IMG/VR virus record: IMGVR_UViG_3300032523_001138
Coordinates: 1-52,976 of that record
Source of the DNA: a virus
Lineage: Duplodnaviria > Caudoviricetes
Reading direction: 5' to 3' (one strand)
Length of the DNA: 52,976 nucleotides
Every line of letters begins with the position of its first letter. The first letter of the stretch is position 1. This document shows, one piece after another, positions 25,785 to 34,264 of the stretch. The position numbers and the translations under genes were made by a program. The notes beneath the pieces were generated by a model that was given only the letters and a program-made list of their open reading frames with translations, was not told the origin of the DNA and did not search any database.

Positions 25785-28228
25785 AGATTGTCGTGGACGC
25801 CTACGCATGGCTCCCTGTGTCCGAGCTGACTCACATGCAGCGAAGCGCGCTCAAGGCAACCCTCACCGTCACGCCCCGAGCCTTCCCTGGGTTCCCGGGC
25901 CCTCCTCCGTCGCCGATCCATCTCTACGCCGAGAAGCCCGACTTCCTCGGTGTACCTCGGTCGTTCTTCATGACGCACAAGAAGGACCATCACGAGATTA
26001 TCGACATGACGACGTCGGGGCGTGCGGACCTGTGGGATGGACCATTCACTTTTACAGGTGATCTGCGACCCTCACAACAAGCTGCAATCGACAAGCTCAA
26101 AACCACCTTCAAACTACCATTCAACGGTGGTATTATAAAAGCGGCCCCTGGGTGGGGTAAAACGATATGTTCATGTGCCGCTATGGCACTACTAAATGTA
26201 CCAACGTTGGTTGTGGTTCATAAAGAGTTTTTGCTCAATCAATGGCGTGACCGCATCACACAGTTCCTCCCGGGCGCGAAGGTCGGCATCGTCCAGCAGG
26301 AACGATGTGAGTTTCGAGGCTACTCCGTTGCTATCGCAATGGTACACAGCTTGGTTGGCGACCGTGACTACGGTACAGACTTTTGGGAGTGGCCCGGACT
26401 GGTTGTTGTAGACGAGTGTTTCCCTGCCGGAACAAAGATTGCGTTGGCAGATGGGGCCTCAAAACCGATTGATCAGGTTGTCGTGGGGGACTCCGTCCTC
26501 AGTGCTTATGGCGAAGACACCGTGACGGATGTGATGCGTCGAGATATTCCGGTGGCGCGTATGCGCTTGGTTCGTTTCTCAGACGGTTCGGAGCAAGTCT
26601 GCACGCAAGACCATCCTTTCCTGTGCGTGGATCACGGCTGGACCCCTGCTCAAGACCTGATGGGCAAACTGGTGTTGACTGCGGCGGGTTGCTTCGATAC
26701 CATGTCTTCACATGGCACCAAAGTACAAGACTCCTCTGACGTGCGAGATATGCCTCAAACCGTCCTCAGTCCGAACAGGGCGTCGATATTGCTCTCAAGC
26801 CTGTACGGGGGAGTCCAAGCGGCGGTTGGGTCCTTATCCTCTGTGCGAGTGGTGTGGGAAGGCTCCGGTGAAGCGAGCCAGATCTCTTTTTTGCGGAGCT
26901 GTTTGTCGAGTGAATGCCGCAACGGTCCAAGCTCAACTGCGGGGTCCGGAGATGTCTCTTCGGGTTCAGGAGTGGCACAGGCTGAACCCGAACATCGCTT
27001 TGGAGGCTTCGGAGCGAATGCGTGCGCGCAACCCTATGCACTCGGAGACAACCCGGAAGAAGGTGTCCATAACGCTCCGTGCTCTGGGACATCGACCTCC
27101 AGTCCAAGGGGGGAACGGTCGCGGGCTGACCGTCCCGCAGCAGATTTTGCGGGAACGCTTAGGATCCGCGTGGGTGACCGAGTTTGTAATTCCAACACAC
27201 CAGCCTCGGAACAACCCTGCTCGGCTCCCGGGTCACTACAAGATCGACCTGGCTCAGCCGAATCACCTCCTTGCGGTGGAGCTGGACGGCACGAGTCACG
27301 GATCGATGCTGGGGCAGGAACGGGATCGCAAGAAAGACAACTGGCTGCACTCTTGCGGGTGGACCGTGTTTCGATTCCCGAACAAGCGGATCTTGACCGA
27401 CTTGGAATCAGTGTGCGCTCAGATACAGGGGAAGTTGCAGTCTTCAACCTCTCCGTGAAGAAGCACCCCTCCTACATTCTGCACGCTTCAAAAGCTGTGG
27501 TGCATAATTGTCATCGGCTGGGTGCAGAATCGTGGGGTAAAGCAGCTACTAAGTTCAATGCTAGATGGCGGTTGGGTGTCAGTGCAACACCACGTCGCAA
27601 AGATGGTGCGGAGCCTGTGTTCTTCCACCAGATCGGCCCGGTGATCTACCAGTCCGAAGAACAGCGTCTGAAGCCAAAGGTGCGCCGCGTGTGGACGGAC
27701 TTCAAGCTCGTTCAGACCCCGACGCTCAACCCAGAAATCATCTCGAAGAACGTCCTCCTCAAGTTCATGTGCGGCAACACCGCCCGCAACAAGCTGATCG
27801 TCGAGCAGATTGTGCTCGCTGTCGTCGCAGGGCGAAAGCCCATCGTCCTCTCTGAACGCCTCAACCATCTTGACCTGATGGAGGCTCTCTTCAAGCAGCA
27901 GTGGAAGACAGGGCAAACAGTTCCGGTCCCGTCGACGGGCTTCTACGTCGGCGGCATGAAGGAGGAGGAGCTAGAGGCCGCAGCGGAAGCGCAGGTGATA
28001 TTCGCGACTCGCCAGTTTGCCGAAGAGGGCCTCGACATCCCTGCTCTGGACACCATCTTCCTGACGGTGCCTTTCTCGGACGTAGACCAAGCCGTCGGGC
28101 GCATTCTGCGACCGTTTGACGGCAAGAAAGACCCTGTGGTGGTGGACATCATCGACCCGAAAGTCAGCCTATGTGTCAAGTCGGCGACCTACCGAGATCG
28201 GTTCTACAAAACGAAAGGGTGGGAGTGA
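25781..28228 (+). CDS. SF2 DExH helicase with intein (451 aa spliced)
   Basis: LRPSQ, APGWGKT, spliced DE|CH, SATPRRKDG, EGLDIP, QAVGRILR. Confidence 0.93.
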   Translation: MKIVVDAYAWLPVSELTHMQRSALKATLTVTPRAFPGFPGPPPSPIHLYAEKPDFLGVPRSFFMTHKKDHHEIIDMTTSGRADLWDGPFTFTGDLRPSQQAAIDKLKTTFKLPFNGGIIKAAPGWGKTICSCAAMALLNVPTLVVVHKEFLLNQWRDRITQFLPGAKVGIVQQERCEFRGYSVAIAMVHSLVGDRDYGTDFWEWPGLVVVDECFPAGTKIALADGASKPIDQVVVGDSVLSAYGEDTVTDVMRRDIPVARMRLVRFSDGSEQVCTQDHPFLCVDHGWTPAQDLMGKLVLTAAGCFDTMSSHGTKVQDSSDVRDMPQTVLSPNRASILLSSLYGGVQAAVGSLSSVRVVWEGSGEASQISFLRSCLSSECRNGPSSTAGSGDVSSGSGVAQAEPEHRFGGFGANACAQPYALGDNPEEGVHNAPCSGTSTSSPRGERSRADRPAADFAGTLRIRVGDRVCNSNTPASEQPCSAPGSLQDRPGSAESPPCGGAGRHESRIDAGAGTGSQERQLAALLRVDRVSIPEQADLDRLGISVRSDTGEVAVFNLSVKKHPSYILHASKAVVHNCHRLGAESWGKAATKFNARWRLGVSATPRRKDGAEPVFFHQIGPVIYQSEEQRLKPKVRRVWTDFKLVQTPTLNPEIISKNVLLKFMCGNTARNKLIVEQIVLAVVAGRKPIVLSERLNHLDLMEALFKQQWKTGQTVPVPSTGFYVGGMKEEELEAAAEAQVIFATRQFAEEGLDIPALDTIFLTVPFSDVDQAVGRILRPFDGKKDPVVVDIIDPKVSLCVKSATYRDRFYKTKGWE
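26675..26703 (+). promoter_or_regulatory. Sigma70-type promoter inside the intein
   Basis: TTGACT (26675-80), 17-nt spacer, TACCAT (26698-703); ATG of the nested ORF 8 nt downstream. Confidence 0.6.
26712..27458 (+). CDS. Nested +1-frame endonuclease: Zn-finger repeats plus DUF559/Vsr-like domain
   Basis: CEIC...YCSQAC, CEWC...FCGAVC, NPMHSETTRKKVS; YKIDLA...AVELDGTSH...RDRKKDNWL...GWTVFRF. Confidence 0.88.
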   Translation: MAPKYKTPLTCEICLKPSSVRTGRRYCSQACTGESKRRLGPYPLCEWCGKAPVKRARSLFCGAVCRVNAATVQAQLRGPEMSLRVQEWHRLNPNIALEASERMRARNPMHSETTRKKVSITLRALGHRPPVQGGNGRGLTVPQQILRERLGSAWVTEFVIPTHQPRNNPARLPGHYKIDLAQPNHLLAVELDGTSHGSMLGQERDRKKDNWLHSCGWTVFRFPNKRILTDLESVCAQIQGKLQSSTSP

Positions 28229-28283
28229 GCGGCTGGAAGTCCTGTTACGTCGGTGGAAGCGCAACGATCACCCGGAGTCCCAT

Positions 28284-29030
28284 ATGGTCCCAGCCCCTTC
28301 CCCCCTCGCTGTTCCCGCTGCCATCGATAGCGCAGTGGACGCCGCCGTCGCCGACATCATCGCCGCCATCGCAGCCGTCAACGCGCAGGTGGCTGCCGCC
28401 GAAGCGGATCTGCAAAAAGCTCCCCCGGCTCCCCCTCCTCCGGAGGAACCCGTCGCGCAGCTCCCCCTCATCCCCTTCACCGTCAAGGGTGTCCTCGTGA
28501 CCACTGAGACGCACCTCTTCGAGAACGGCGTCCCCCTACTGACGCCGACAGGGCGTGCGCGGCTCAAGCCGGAAGCGCGCAAGGCCAAAAAGACATCGCA
28601 GAAAGCCGCGCCTGCCGCGCCTGCCAAGGACATCGCCACCGTAGCGGAAGCATCTCAGCAGGTGTCGATTCAGCCGGTTGTCGTTGGGACGCAGGCTCCT
28701 CCGGTCATCAAGGAGACCGTGAAGTCGATGACGGCTACGGTGACCACGGTCTACGGGAATATCGGTCTCCCCGCGTCCAAGGACGAGGAGATCGCCGTCC
28801 GCACCTTCGTCACCAACCCCGCGATGGTCGAGATCGGCTACGGCTTGACGCTCAACATCGGGAACTACGAGAGCGCTCGCATCGACGTCCGCGTCTCGCT
28901 GCCCTGCTACGTCGAGGAGACCGACCAAGCCTTCGCCTTCGCGAAGAAGTGGACCGAAGAGCGCATCCAGACCGAGGTCAAGGAGATCCGCAAGATCGCC
29001 TCTGGCACCAAAACCCACACACCGTTCTGA
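28284..29030 (+). CDS. Phage hypothetical protein with Pro/Ala-rich N-terminus
   Basis: GGAG RBS; C-terminal TLNIGNYESARIDV domain; TGTTACG variant at 28243. Confidence 0.75.
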   Translation: MVPAPSPLAVPAAIDSAVDAAVADIIAAIAAVNAQVAAAEADLQKAPPAPPPPEEPVAQLPLIPFTVKGVLVTTETHLFENGVPLLTPTGRARLKPEARKAKKTSQKAAPAAPAKDIATVAEASQQVSIQPVVVGTQAPPVIKETVKSMTATVTTVYGNIGLPASKDEEIAVRTFVTNPAMVEIGYGLTLNIGNYESARIDVRVSLPCYVEETDQAFAFAKKWTEERIQTEVKEIRKIASGTKTHTPF

Positions 29031-29042
29031 ACAGAGGCATAC

Positions 29043-31331
29043 ATGGCATCGAAGAAGAAAAAGCCCGACGACGAAGTACCCGCTCCTGCGGACGCAACTT
29101 CTACGGCTGTCGACGAGGCTGTGCCCGAAACGACTGCGGACGTGATCTCAACTCGTATCAAGTCCGGCTACGACTCCAAGTCGCAGATGGGCGCGCTGCT
29201 CTCCTCAGACATCATTGCGGCGACCCTGAAAACTTACGGGAAGAAAAGTCTCATCCAAGGCTCCGAGATCAAGGCACGCAAGGTCCGCCGCATCCCGACA
29301 GGCATCTTCCCTCTTGACTACGCGCTAGAGGGTGGGTGGGCGCAAGGCGGTGTCCACACCCTGATAGGTCACAAAAGTAGCTGCAAGACCACCGTCCTCT
29401 ACAAGACTATCGGCGAGGCGCAGAAAATGTGCGCTGAGTGCTGGCAGTACATGGACCGCTGCATCTGCAAGCGCCCACGAGAGGCGGTCACCGCGTACAT
29501 CGACGTCGAAGGCGCGCTCGACTCCGCATGGGCAAGTCGCTTCTGTGACCTCGACAAAGTCGTAATCTCCGTCCCTGAGTACGCAGAGCAGACGCTGTCG
29601 ATCGGCGAGGCGCTGCTGCGCTCTGGCAAGGTCGACATGCTGATGATCGACTCCATCGCATTCCTCACCCCTGCCAAGGAGATTGAGGAAGCCATCGAGA
29701 AAGACCTGATGGGCCAGCAGGCGCGTGTGCTCGGCAAGGGCGTGCGGAAGTTCACCGCCGCGCTCAACGCCGTGATGACCGACACCGGCAAGAGACCGAC
29801 GGTCTTCTTCACCAACCAGATACGGATGAAGATCGGCGTTATGTTTGGTTGCTTCCACTATGACACGCGGGTGACTTTGGCAGACGGGGGTTCTGAGAAA
29901 ATCGGGAAGATCGTGAATCAGAAACTTCCAGTTGAAGTGCTATCGGTTGATCCGGCAACGGGTGTATGTGCTCCTGCACGGGTGACTGGTTGGCACAACA
30001 ATGGCCCCGCAGATTATTTTTTGCAGTTTGTTGTGGATGGTGTGGGCGGCAACGGACGCGCTTCCTTTGGGGTCACGCCGAACCACCACGTTTTTGTACC
30101 TGCCGGTACGGGCTGGGTAGAGCGCGAAGCAGGCACACTGTCTCCCGGAGACCTTGTCGGTCACAAGGCTTTGATCCAGTTCAGCCATGTGCAGCGACAG
30201 ATTGCCTTGGGATCCATCCTTGGGGATGGATCCCTTCGCAGAGCAGGGCGACACTATTCCCAACTACGGTTTGGTCAAGGAAAGGACCAACTAGATTATG
30301 CTCGCTGGAAAAGATCTTTGATGGGGGATTGTGTGTCTTGGGAAGGACCAGTCGGAAACAACGGTTGGGGTTTTGACTGCCGACCTTCTGCGGACATGAC
30401 CGCTGTTCTTCATGAGGCGTACTCTACCGACTCAGAATCGGGGAGGATTTTATCTAAAACAGTGCTGAACGAGCTTACTTTGTTTGGGTTAGCGGTGTGG
30501 TACATGGATGATGGTTGCTTTTCAGGTTCATACGAGCGCTGGGGGCACGGGAAAGTTGAAATCAGCGTGAAGTCGTACTCGAATGACGAGATAGCACTGC
30601 TTGCGGATTGTTTGGAACATCTGGGTGTTGGTCGGCCAACTATCACGACACAGAAATGTCTTTTGTGGTCAGGGGAACGCACGCAACATCTCCACAGACA
30701 GATCGCTAAATATATCCCTCCGTGCATGGAGCACAAACTACACCCCCGACTGCGAGGACAATTCTGCGAGCCCGAAAGCGCTCACCAAGACGACCGCTTT
30801 GTGTTGGTTCCTGTGACCGTGCAAGCGATTTACGAGAAACCTCAGTCCGGCCACCAAGATCGCTACGATCTAACTGTGGACGGGCACCATACTTACCTTG
30901 TGGATGGTGTGGCGGTTCACAACTCGCCCGAAACGGCACCCGGCGGGCTGGCCCCCGGCTTTATGTCGTGGACCGAAATGAAAATGAAGACCGGCAAGTT
31001 CAAGATGGACGACCTCGGTGAGCGCCCGCTGTACGCTGACTTTGGTTTCTCGCTCGACAAATCCAAGTCAAGCACGGCGAAAGTCGGTTACGACTACCGC
31101 ATGATGTTGTCGGACGCAGAGAGCAAGTCTCTGGGCGACTTCTACGACGAGGACTTCATACTCGATCACGCAGAGCGTAGCGGGCTCGTTACTGGTGGAG
31201 GAACGTCATGGAAGATTCTCGGGGAGACCTTCGGCAAGAAGTCGGATATCGAAAAACGGCTGGTGGCGGACCCGATCTTCAAGCGGATGTTGACGGACAT
31301 TCTGCTGAAGTCGGTCCAACAGGGAGCCTGA
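29043..31331 (+). CDS. recA: RecA/UvsX-like recombinase with intein (404 aa spliced)
   Basis: IPTGIFPLDYAL, DVEGALD, IDSIA, NQIRMKIGVMFG|SPETAPGG. Confidence 0.93.
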   Translation: MASKKKKPDDEVPAPADATSTAVDEAVPETTADVISTRIKSGYDSKSQMGALLSSDIIAATLKTYGKKSLIQGSEIKARKVRRIPTGIFPLDYALEGGWAQGGVHTLIGHKSSCKTTVLYKTIGEAQKMCAECWQYMDRCICKRPREAVTAYIDVEGALDSAWASRFCDLDKVVISVPEYAEQTLSIGEALLRSGKVDMLMIDSIAFLTPAKEIEEAIEKDLMGQQARVLGKGVRKFTAALNAVMTDTGKRPTVFFTNQIRMKIGVMFGCFHYDTRVTLADGGSEKIGKIVNQKLPVEVLSVDPATGVCAPARVTGWHNNGPADYFLQFVVDGVGGNGRASFGVTPNHHVFVPAGTGWVEREAGTLSPGDLVGHKALIQFSHVQRQIALGSILGDGSLRRAGRHYSQLRFGQGKDQLDYARWKRSLMGDCVSWEGPVGNNGWGFDCRPSADMTAVLHEAYSTDSESGRILSKTVLNELTLFGLAVWYMDDGCFSGSYERWGHGKVEISVKSYSNDEIALLADCLEHLGVGRPTITTQKCLLWSGERTQHLHRQIAKYIPPCMEHKLHPRLRGQFCEPESAHQDDRFVLVPVTVQAIYEKPQSGHQDRYDLTVDGHHTYLVDGVAVHNSPETAPGGLAPGFMSWTEMKMKTGKFKMDDLGERPLYADFGFSLDKSKSSTAKVGYDYRMMLSDAESKSLGDFYDEDFILDHAERSGLVTGGGTSWKILGETFGKKSDIEKRLVADPIFKRMLTDILLKSVQQGA
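29850..30923 (+). mobile_element. Intein in RecA, 358 aa, LAGLIDADG endonuclease
   Basis: CFHYDTRVTLADG...VAVHN|S; LGSILGDGS and LAVWYMDDG motifs. Confidence 0.95.
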
Positions 31332-31369
31332 CAGACGATCAGGGCGATGACTCTGACGACGACGGAGGC

Positions 31370-31615
31370 ATGGCGGCGGTTCTCCGCACCATGCTCGCCC
31401 CCCAAGTCGTGCTCGATCAGGAGGCCACCGACGCCGTCAAGGCGGCGATGAAGACGGACGACAACGACGTTGCACCGATCCCCGACGTCGACGAGTGCCC
31501 CAATTGCAGCATGTCGTTTGTGTCTGTCGAGCAAGGCGTGGGGCTGACCTTCCCATTCAAGGTCATCTGCACCTGCCGGACCTGTTCCCACGTCTGGGAA
31601 CGCAGCGATGAGTGA
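31370..31615 (+). CDS. Small Zn-ribbon protein
   Basis: CPNC...CRTCSHVW; start uncertain. Confidence 0.6.
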   Translation: MAAVLRTMLAPQVVLDQEATDAVKAAMKTDDNDVAPIPDVDECPNCSMSFVSVEQGVGLTFPFKVICTCRTCSHVWERSDE

Positions 31616-32054
31616 GGATCCGCCTCCCGAAAAACGCGCACTCCCGAAGTGGCTGGACCCGAACTACGACCGCTTCAAGAGGTCGCAGAAGCACGAGACC
31701 CGCCTTGCGGACAAGTTTGGCGGGAAGCGCCTGCCGCAATCTGGAGCCAAGCGGCTCTCGAAGCACGCCATCCGCGCTCAGACAGGCGACGAGAAGCCGG
31801 AAACCATCACTCTACGAGGCGACCTCACGATTGGGGACTTCTGGATCGAGCACAAGCGCACCGAGACGGCGACCATGTCCATCAAGCGCGAGTGGTGGCT
31901 TCAGGTCGTCGACGGGGCTCGCGCCGCAGGCCAAGACCCCGCACTGTTCATCACCTTCGAGAAGCACCACAGCCCGTCGTCGAAGCCGGTCGATCTCGTC
32001 GTCCTCCCGCTTGAGGTATTCGAGCGGATGCGAAAACTCGCCTCCGGCGACTGA
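31608..32054 (+). CDS. PD-(D/E)XK Holliday junction resolvase-like protein
   Basis: HETRLA..FGGKR.PQSGA, GDL, IEHKRT. Confidence 0.75.
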   Translation: MSEDPPPEKRALPKWLDPNYDRFKRSQKHETRLADKFGGKRLPQSGAKRLSKHAIRAQTGDEKPETITLRGDLTIGDFWIEHKRTETATMSIKREWWLQVVDGARAAGQDPALFITFEKHHSPSSKPVDLVVLPLEVFERMRKLASGD

Positions 32055-32083
32055 GCAGGCTTCAGGGAAAGGTCGACTGCGCC

Positions 32084-32090
32084 TGTTACT
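32084..32090 (+). promoter_or_regulatory. TGTTACT motif (putative phage promoter)
   Basis: 9 nt upstream of ATG 32100, which has no clear SD. Confidence 0.65.
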
Positions 32091-32099
32091 CCAGCAGAC

Positions 32100-32939
32100 A
32101 TGAGTCTTGCCAACGTACTGCGCGGTGAAACCGGACACGGTTCTCTCCTCCGCATCATCTCTGAAAAGTTCGTTCGCGACGAGCCAAAGGCACCGCTCGA
32201 CCCTGTCGCCAGCTATCTGCGGGCGTCGGGGATTCCGTCGCTCTGCGCTCGCGAGGAGGTGCTCTGCACGGTCAACAAGATCGTCCGCAGAGACAAGGTC
32301 GACGTCGGCCTCAACCTCACGTTCCTGCACGGCACCTCGCTTCATTGGGGCGTTCAGAACGAGCTGCTCGGTCCCGCAGGCGTCCTCTACGGGACGTGGA
32401 AGTGCCTCAGCTGCCTGAAGCTCTACGGGGAGCACATCGCTGGTGCGCGTCCGGAGGATTGGTCCCAGCCTCAACCGAAAATCTGCCTCCAGTGCGAGGG
32501 CACTTCTTTCCTCTTCGTCGAGCACAAGTTCGTGGACCATGCACTCCGGCTTACAGGGCACAGCGATGGCTTCCTCGTCCTCCCAGGCTTGTCAGGCATG
32601 GGCATTCTCGAAGTCAAAAGCATCGGCGAGCGTGGGGGGCGAGAGATCAAGCAAGCGCCGCAGATCGCGCACATCGTGCAGACCCACATCTACATGATGT
32701 TCACCGGCTTCAAGTGGGGGAAGATACTCTACTGGCAGAAGGCCGAGAGCGGACTGAACTGCCTCGTCGAACACCACATCGACCGCGACGAGGACACCAT
32801 CGACCTTGTTCGCAACCTCATTAGGTCCGTATGGTCCGGCATGGAATCCAAGACGCTGCCAAGCCGAATTTGTGCGTCGAGTGCCTGCGCTCGCGCCAAG
32901 TCTTGCGCGGTCACCAAAGAATGCTTTGAGGGAACCTGA
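32100..32939 (+). CDS. Cas4-like PD-(D/E)XK exonuclease
   Basis: N-terminal Cys, GTSLH, GHSDG, LEVKS, QTHIY, C-terminal Cys cluster; no CRISPR context. Confidence 0.82.
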   Translation: MSLANVLRGETGHGSLLRIISEKFVRDEPKAPLDPVASYLRASGIPSLCAREEVLCTVNKIVRRDKVDVGLNLTFLHGTSLHWGVQNELLGPAGVLYGTWKCLSCLKLYGEHIAGARPEDWSQPQPKICLQCEGTSFLFVEHKFVDHALRLTGHSDGFLVLPGLSGMGILEVKSIGERGGREIKQAPQIAHIVQTHIYMMFTGFKWGKILYWQKAESGLNCLVEHHIDRDEDTIDLVRNLIRSVWSGMESKTLPSRICASSACARAKSCAVTKECFEGT

Positions 32940-32940
32940 G

Positions 32941-33285
32941 ATGCGCGCCGATCCTCTTTCATCCCTGAGTCTCCTTAACCCTCTGCCCCAGAAGCTGTGG
33001 GGCGCGTGCTGCGCCAAGTGCGACAAGCCACAAGCCCGCTGGGGGATTACTCTGGATAGACAAACTCCCGTGTTCATCTGCGGTGCGTGTGTGCTCTACG
33101 AGAGCACTTGGGGGAAGTCGCAGAGCCCCCTCATACCGATGACGATTGCTTCAATTGAACGCAACTCCAACCGTCGTTTCGCCTTTATCGAAGGGCGGCT
33201 GTCCGTCAAAGACGCAGACGACGTCCTTGGGGTGGTTATCCTCACAGAGCGGACCGCTGCTCGCATCCCACAGAGTCGCCAATGA
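32941..33285 (+). CDS. Zn-finger hypothetical protein
   Basis: CAKC...CGAC; ATGA overlap with ruvC. Confidence 0.65.
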   Translation: MRADPLSSLSLLNPLPQKLWGACCAKCDKPQARWGITLDRQTPVFICGACVLYESTWGKSQSPLIPMTIASIERNSNRRFAFIEGRLSVKDADDVLGVVILTERTAARIPQSRQ

Positions 33286-33941
33286 ACGATTACCCCCTTG
33301 CACCGCTAGGGTCGTTCGTACCCTTGTACGTCCTTGGGATCGACCCCGGCTTCGCCTCCATCGGGCTTGCCGTCGTCGCAATCGGGCCGAACCCCCAAGA
33401 CGATCGCCCTGTGAAGCTTGCGCTGCTTCGCACTCAGAAATCGTCCGCGAAGCGGCAGGTCAGGGCATCGGATGACAACCTTGAACGCGCCAAGGAAATC
33501 GCTGTGTGGCTCCAAGCGATGGTGGTCCGCTACGACATAAAACTCATCTGCGCGGAGACCATGTCCTTCCCCCGAAGCGCGTCGGTGGCGGCAAAGATGG
33601 CTATGTGCTGGGGTGTGATTGCTGCTATTTCAACTCGCGGAAAAATCCCCGTGACTCAGGCGTCGCCTCAAGAAATTAAAAAGATGCTGTGCCAGAACAA
33701 GTCGGCATCAAAAGAGGACGTGCAAGCGTCGCTCAACCTTCTTTTCCGGTCCGACCTTGTGGGACCGAAGTCACTTGTGGCGGTTGAGCGTATCCCTAGA
33801 AGTCAGATCGAACATCCATACGATGCCTTAGCAGCGGTGGTAGCCTGCCGTGAGAGCGAGGTGGTCTTGCTTCTGCGAAGGATGCTTGAATGCGTGGACT
33901 CAACCGGATCATCTTTGCGGGGCACGTCGCCGATCGCATAA
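33282..33941 (+). CDS. ruvC: RuvC-like Holliday junction resolvase
   Basis: VLGIDPG, conserved Glu (CAET), ASKEDV, HPYDALA. Confidence 0.88.
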   Translation: MNDYPLAPLGSFVPLYVLGIDPGFASIGLAVVAIGPNPQDDRPVKLALLRTQKSSAKRQVRASDDNLERAKEIAVWLQAMVVRYDIKLICAETMSFPRSASVAAKMAMCWGVIAAISTRGKIPVTQASPQEIKKMLCQNKSASKEDVQASLNLLFRSDLVGPKSLVAVERIPRSQIEHPYDALAAVVACRESEVVLLLRRMLECVDSTGSSLRGTSPIA

Positions 33942-34264
33942 ACTACGGGCAGACCACTCGCGGGGCTAATGTCTGTACGTTCGTTCTTGCGTCTGAGCGT
34001 GCCCTGAGCAGGGGAACTATGACCACCTGTGTCAAAATCAACGTCTACATCGAGGCGTTGGTCGAGGCGTGTCAAGGAAAACTAGAGAAAGGCAGTTACG
34101 TCGTTGTTGAGGGCGAACTAATGAACCGAGACTCTCCCACCGGACGTGTAACTGAGGTACGAGCGTGGGAGCTATCTTTCTTCGGACCGCCTCAACCCAT
34201 CAGTGGAGGAACCTTTGACGAACCTGCTTGCAACTCTGCCCGCGACCCAGAACCTTCCCGATGA
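33890..34264 (+). CDS. ssb: Bacterial-type SSB (OB fold)
   Basis: LNRIIFAGHV...FVLA...LEKGSYVVVEGEL; overlaps the ruvC 3' end. Confidence 0.8.
   Translation: MRGLNRIIFAGHVADRINYGQTTRGANVCTFVLASERALSRGTMTTCVKINVYIEALVEACQGKLEKGSYVVVEGELMNRDSPTGRVTEVRAWELSFFGPPQPISGGTFDEPACNSARDPEPSR

Larger units (their letters stand above)
26417..27508 (+). mobile_element. Intein in SF2 helicase, 364 aa, endonuclease in +1 frame
   Basis: CFPAGT...TQDHPF...VFNLSV...VVHN|C; in-frame interior has no endonuclease motifs. Confidence 0.93.

Noticed and set aside
32100-32939. Cas4 as evidence of a CRISPR-Cas locus
   Set aside because: No array or other cas genes; solo Cas4-like nucleases are common in phages.
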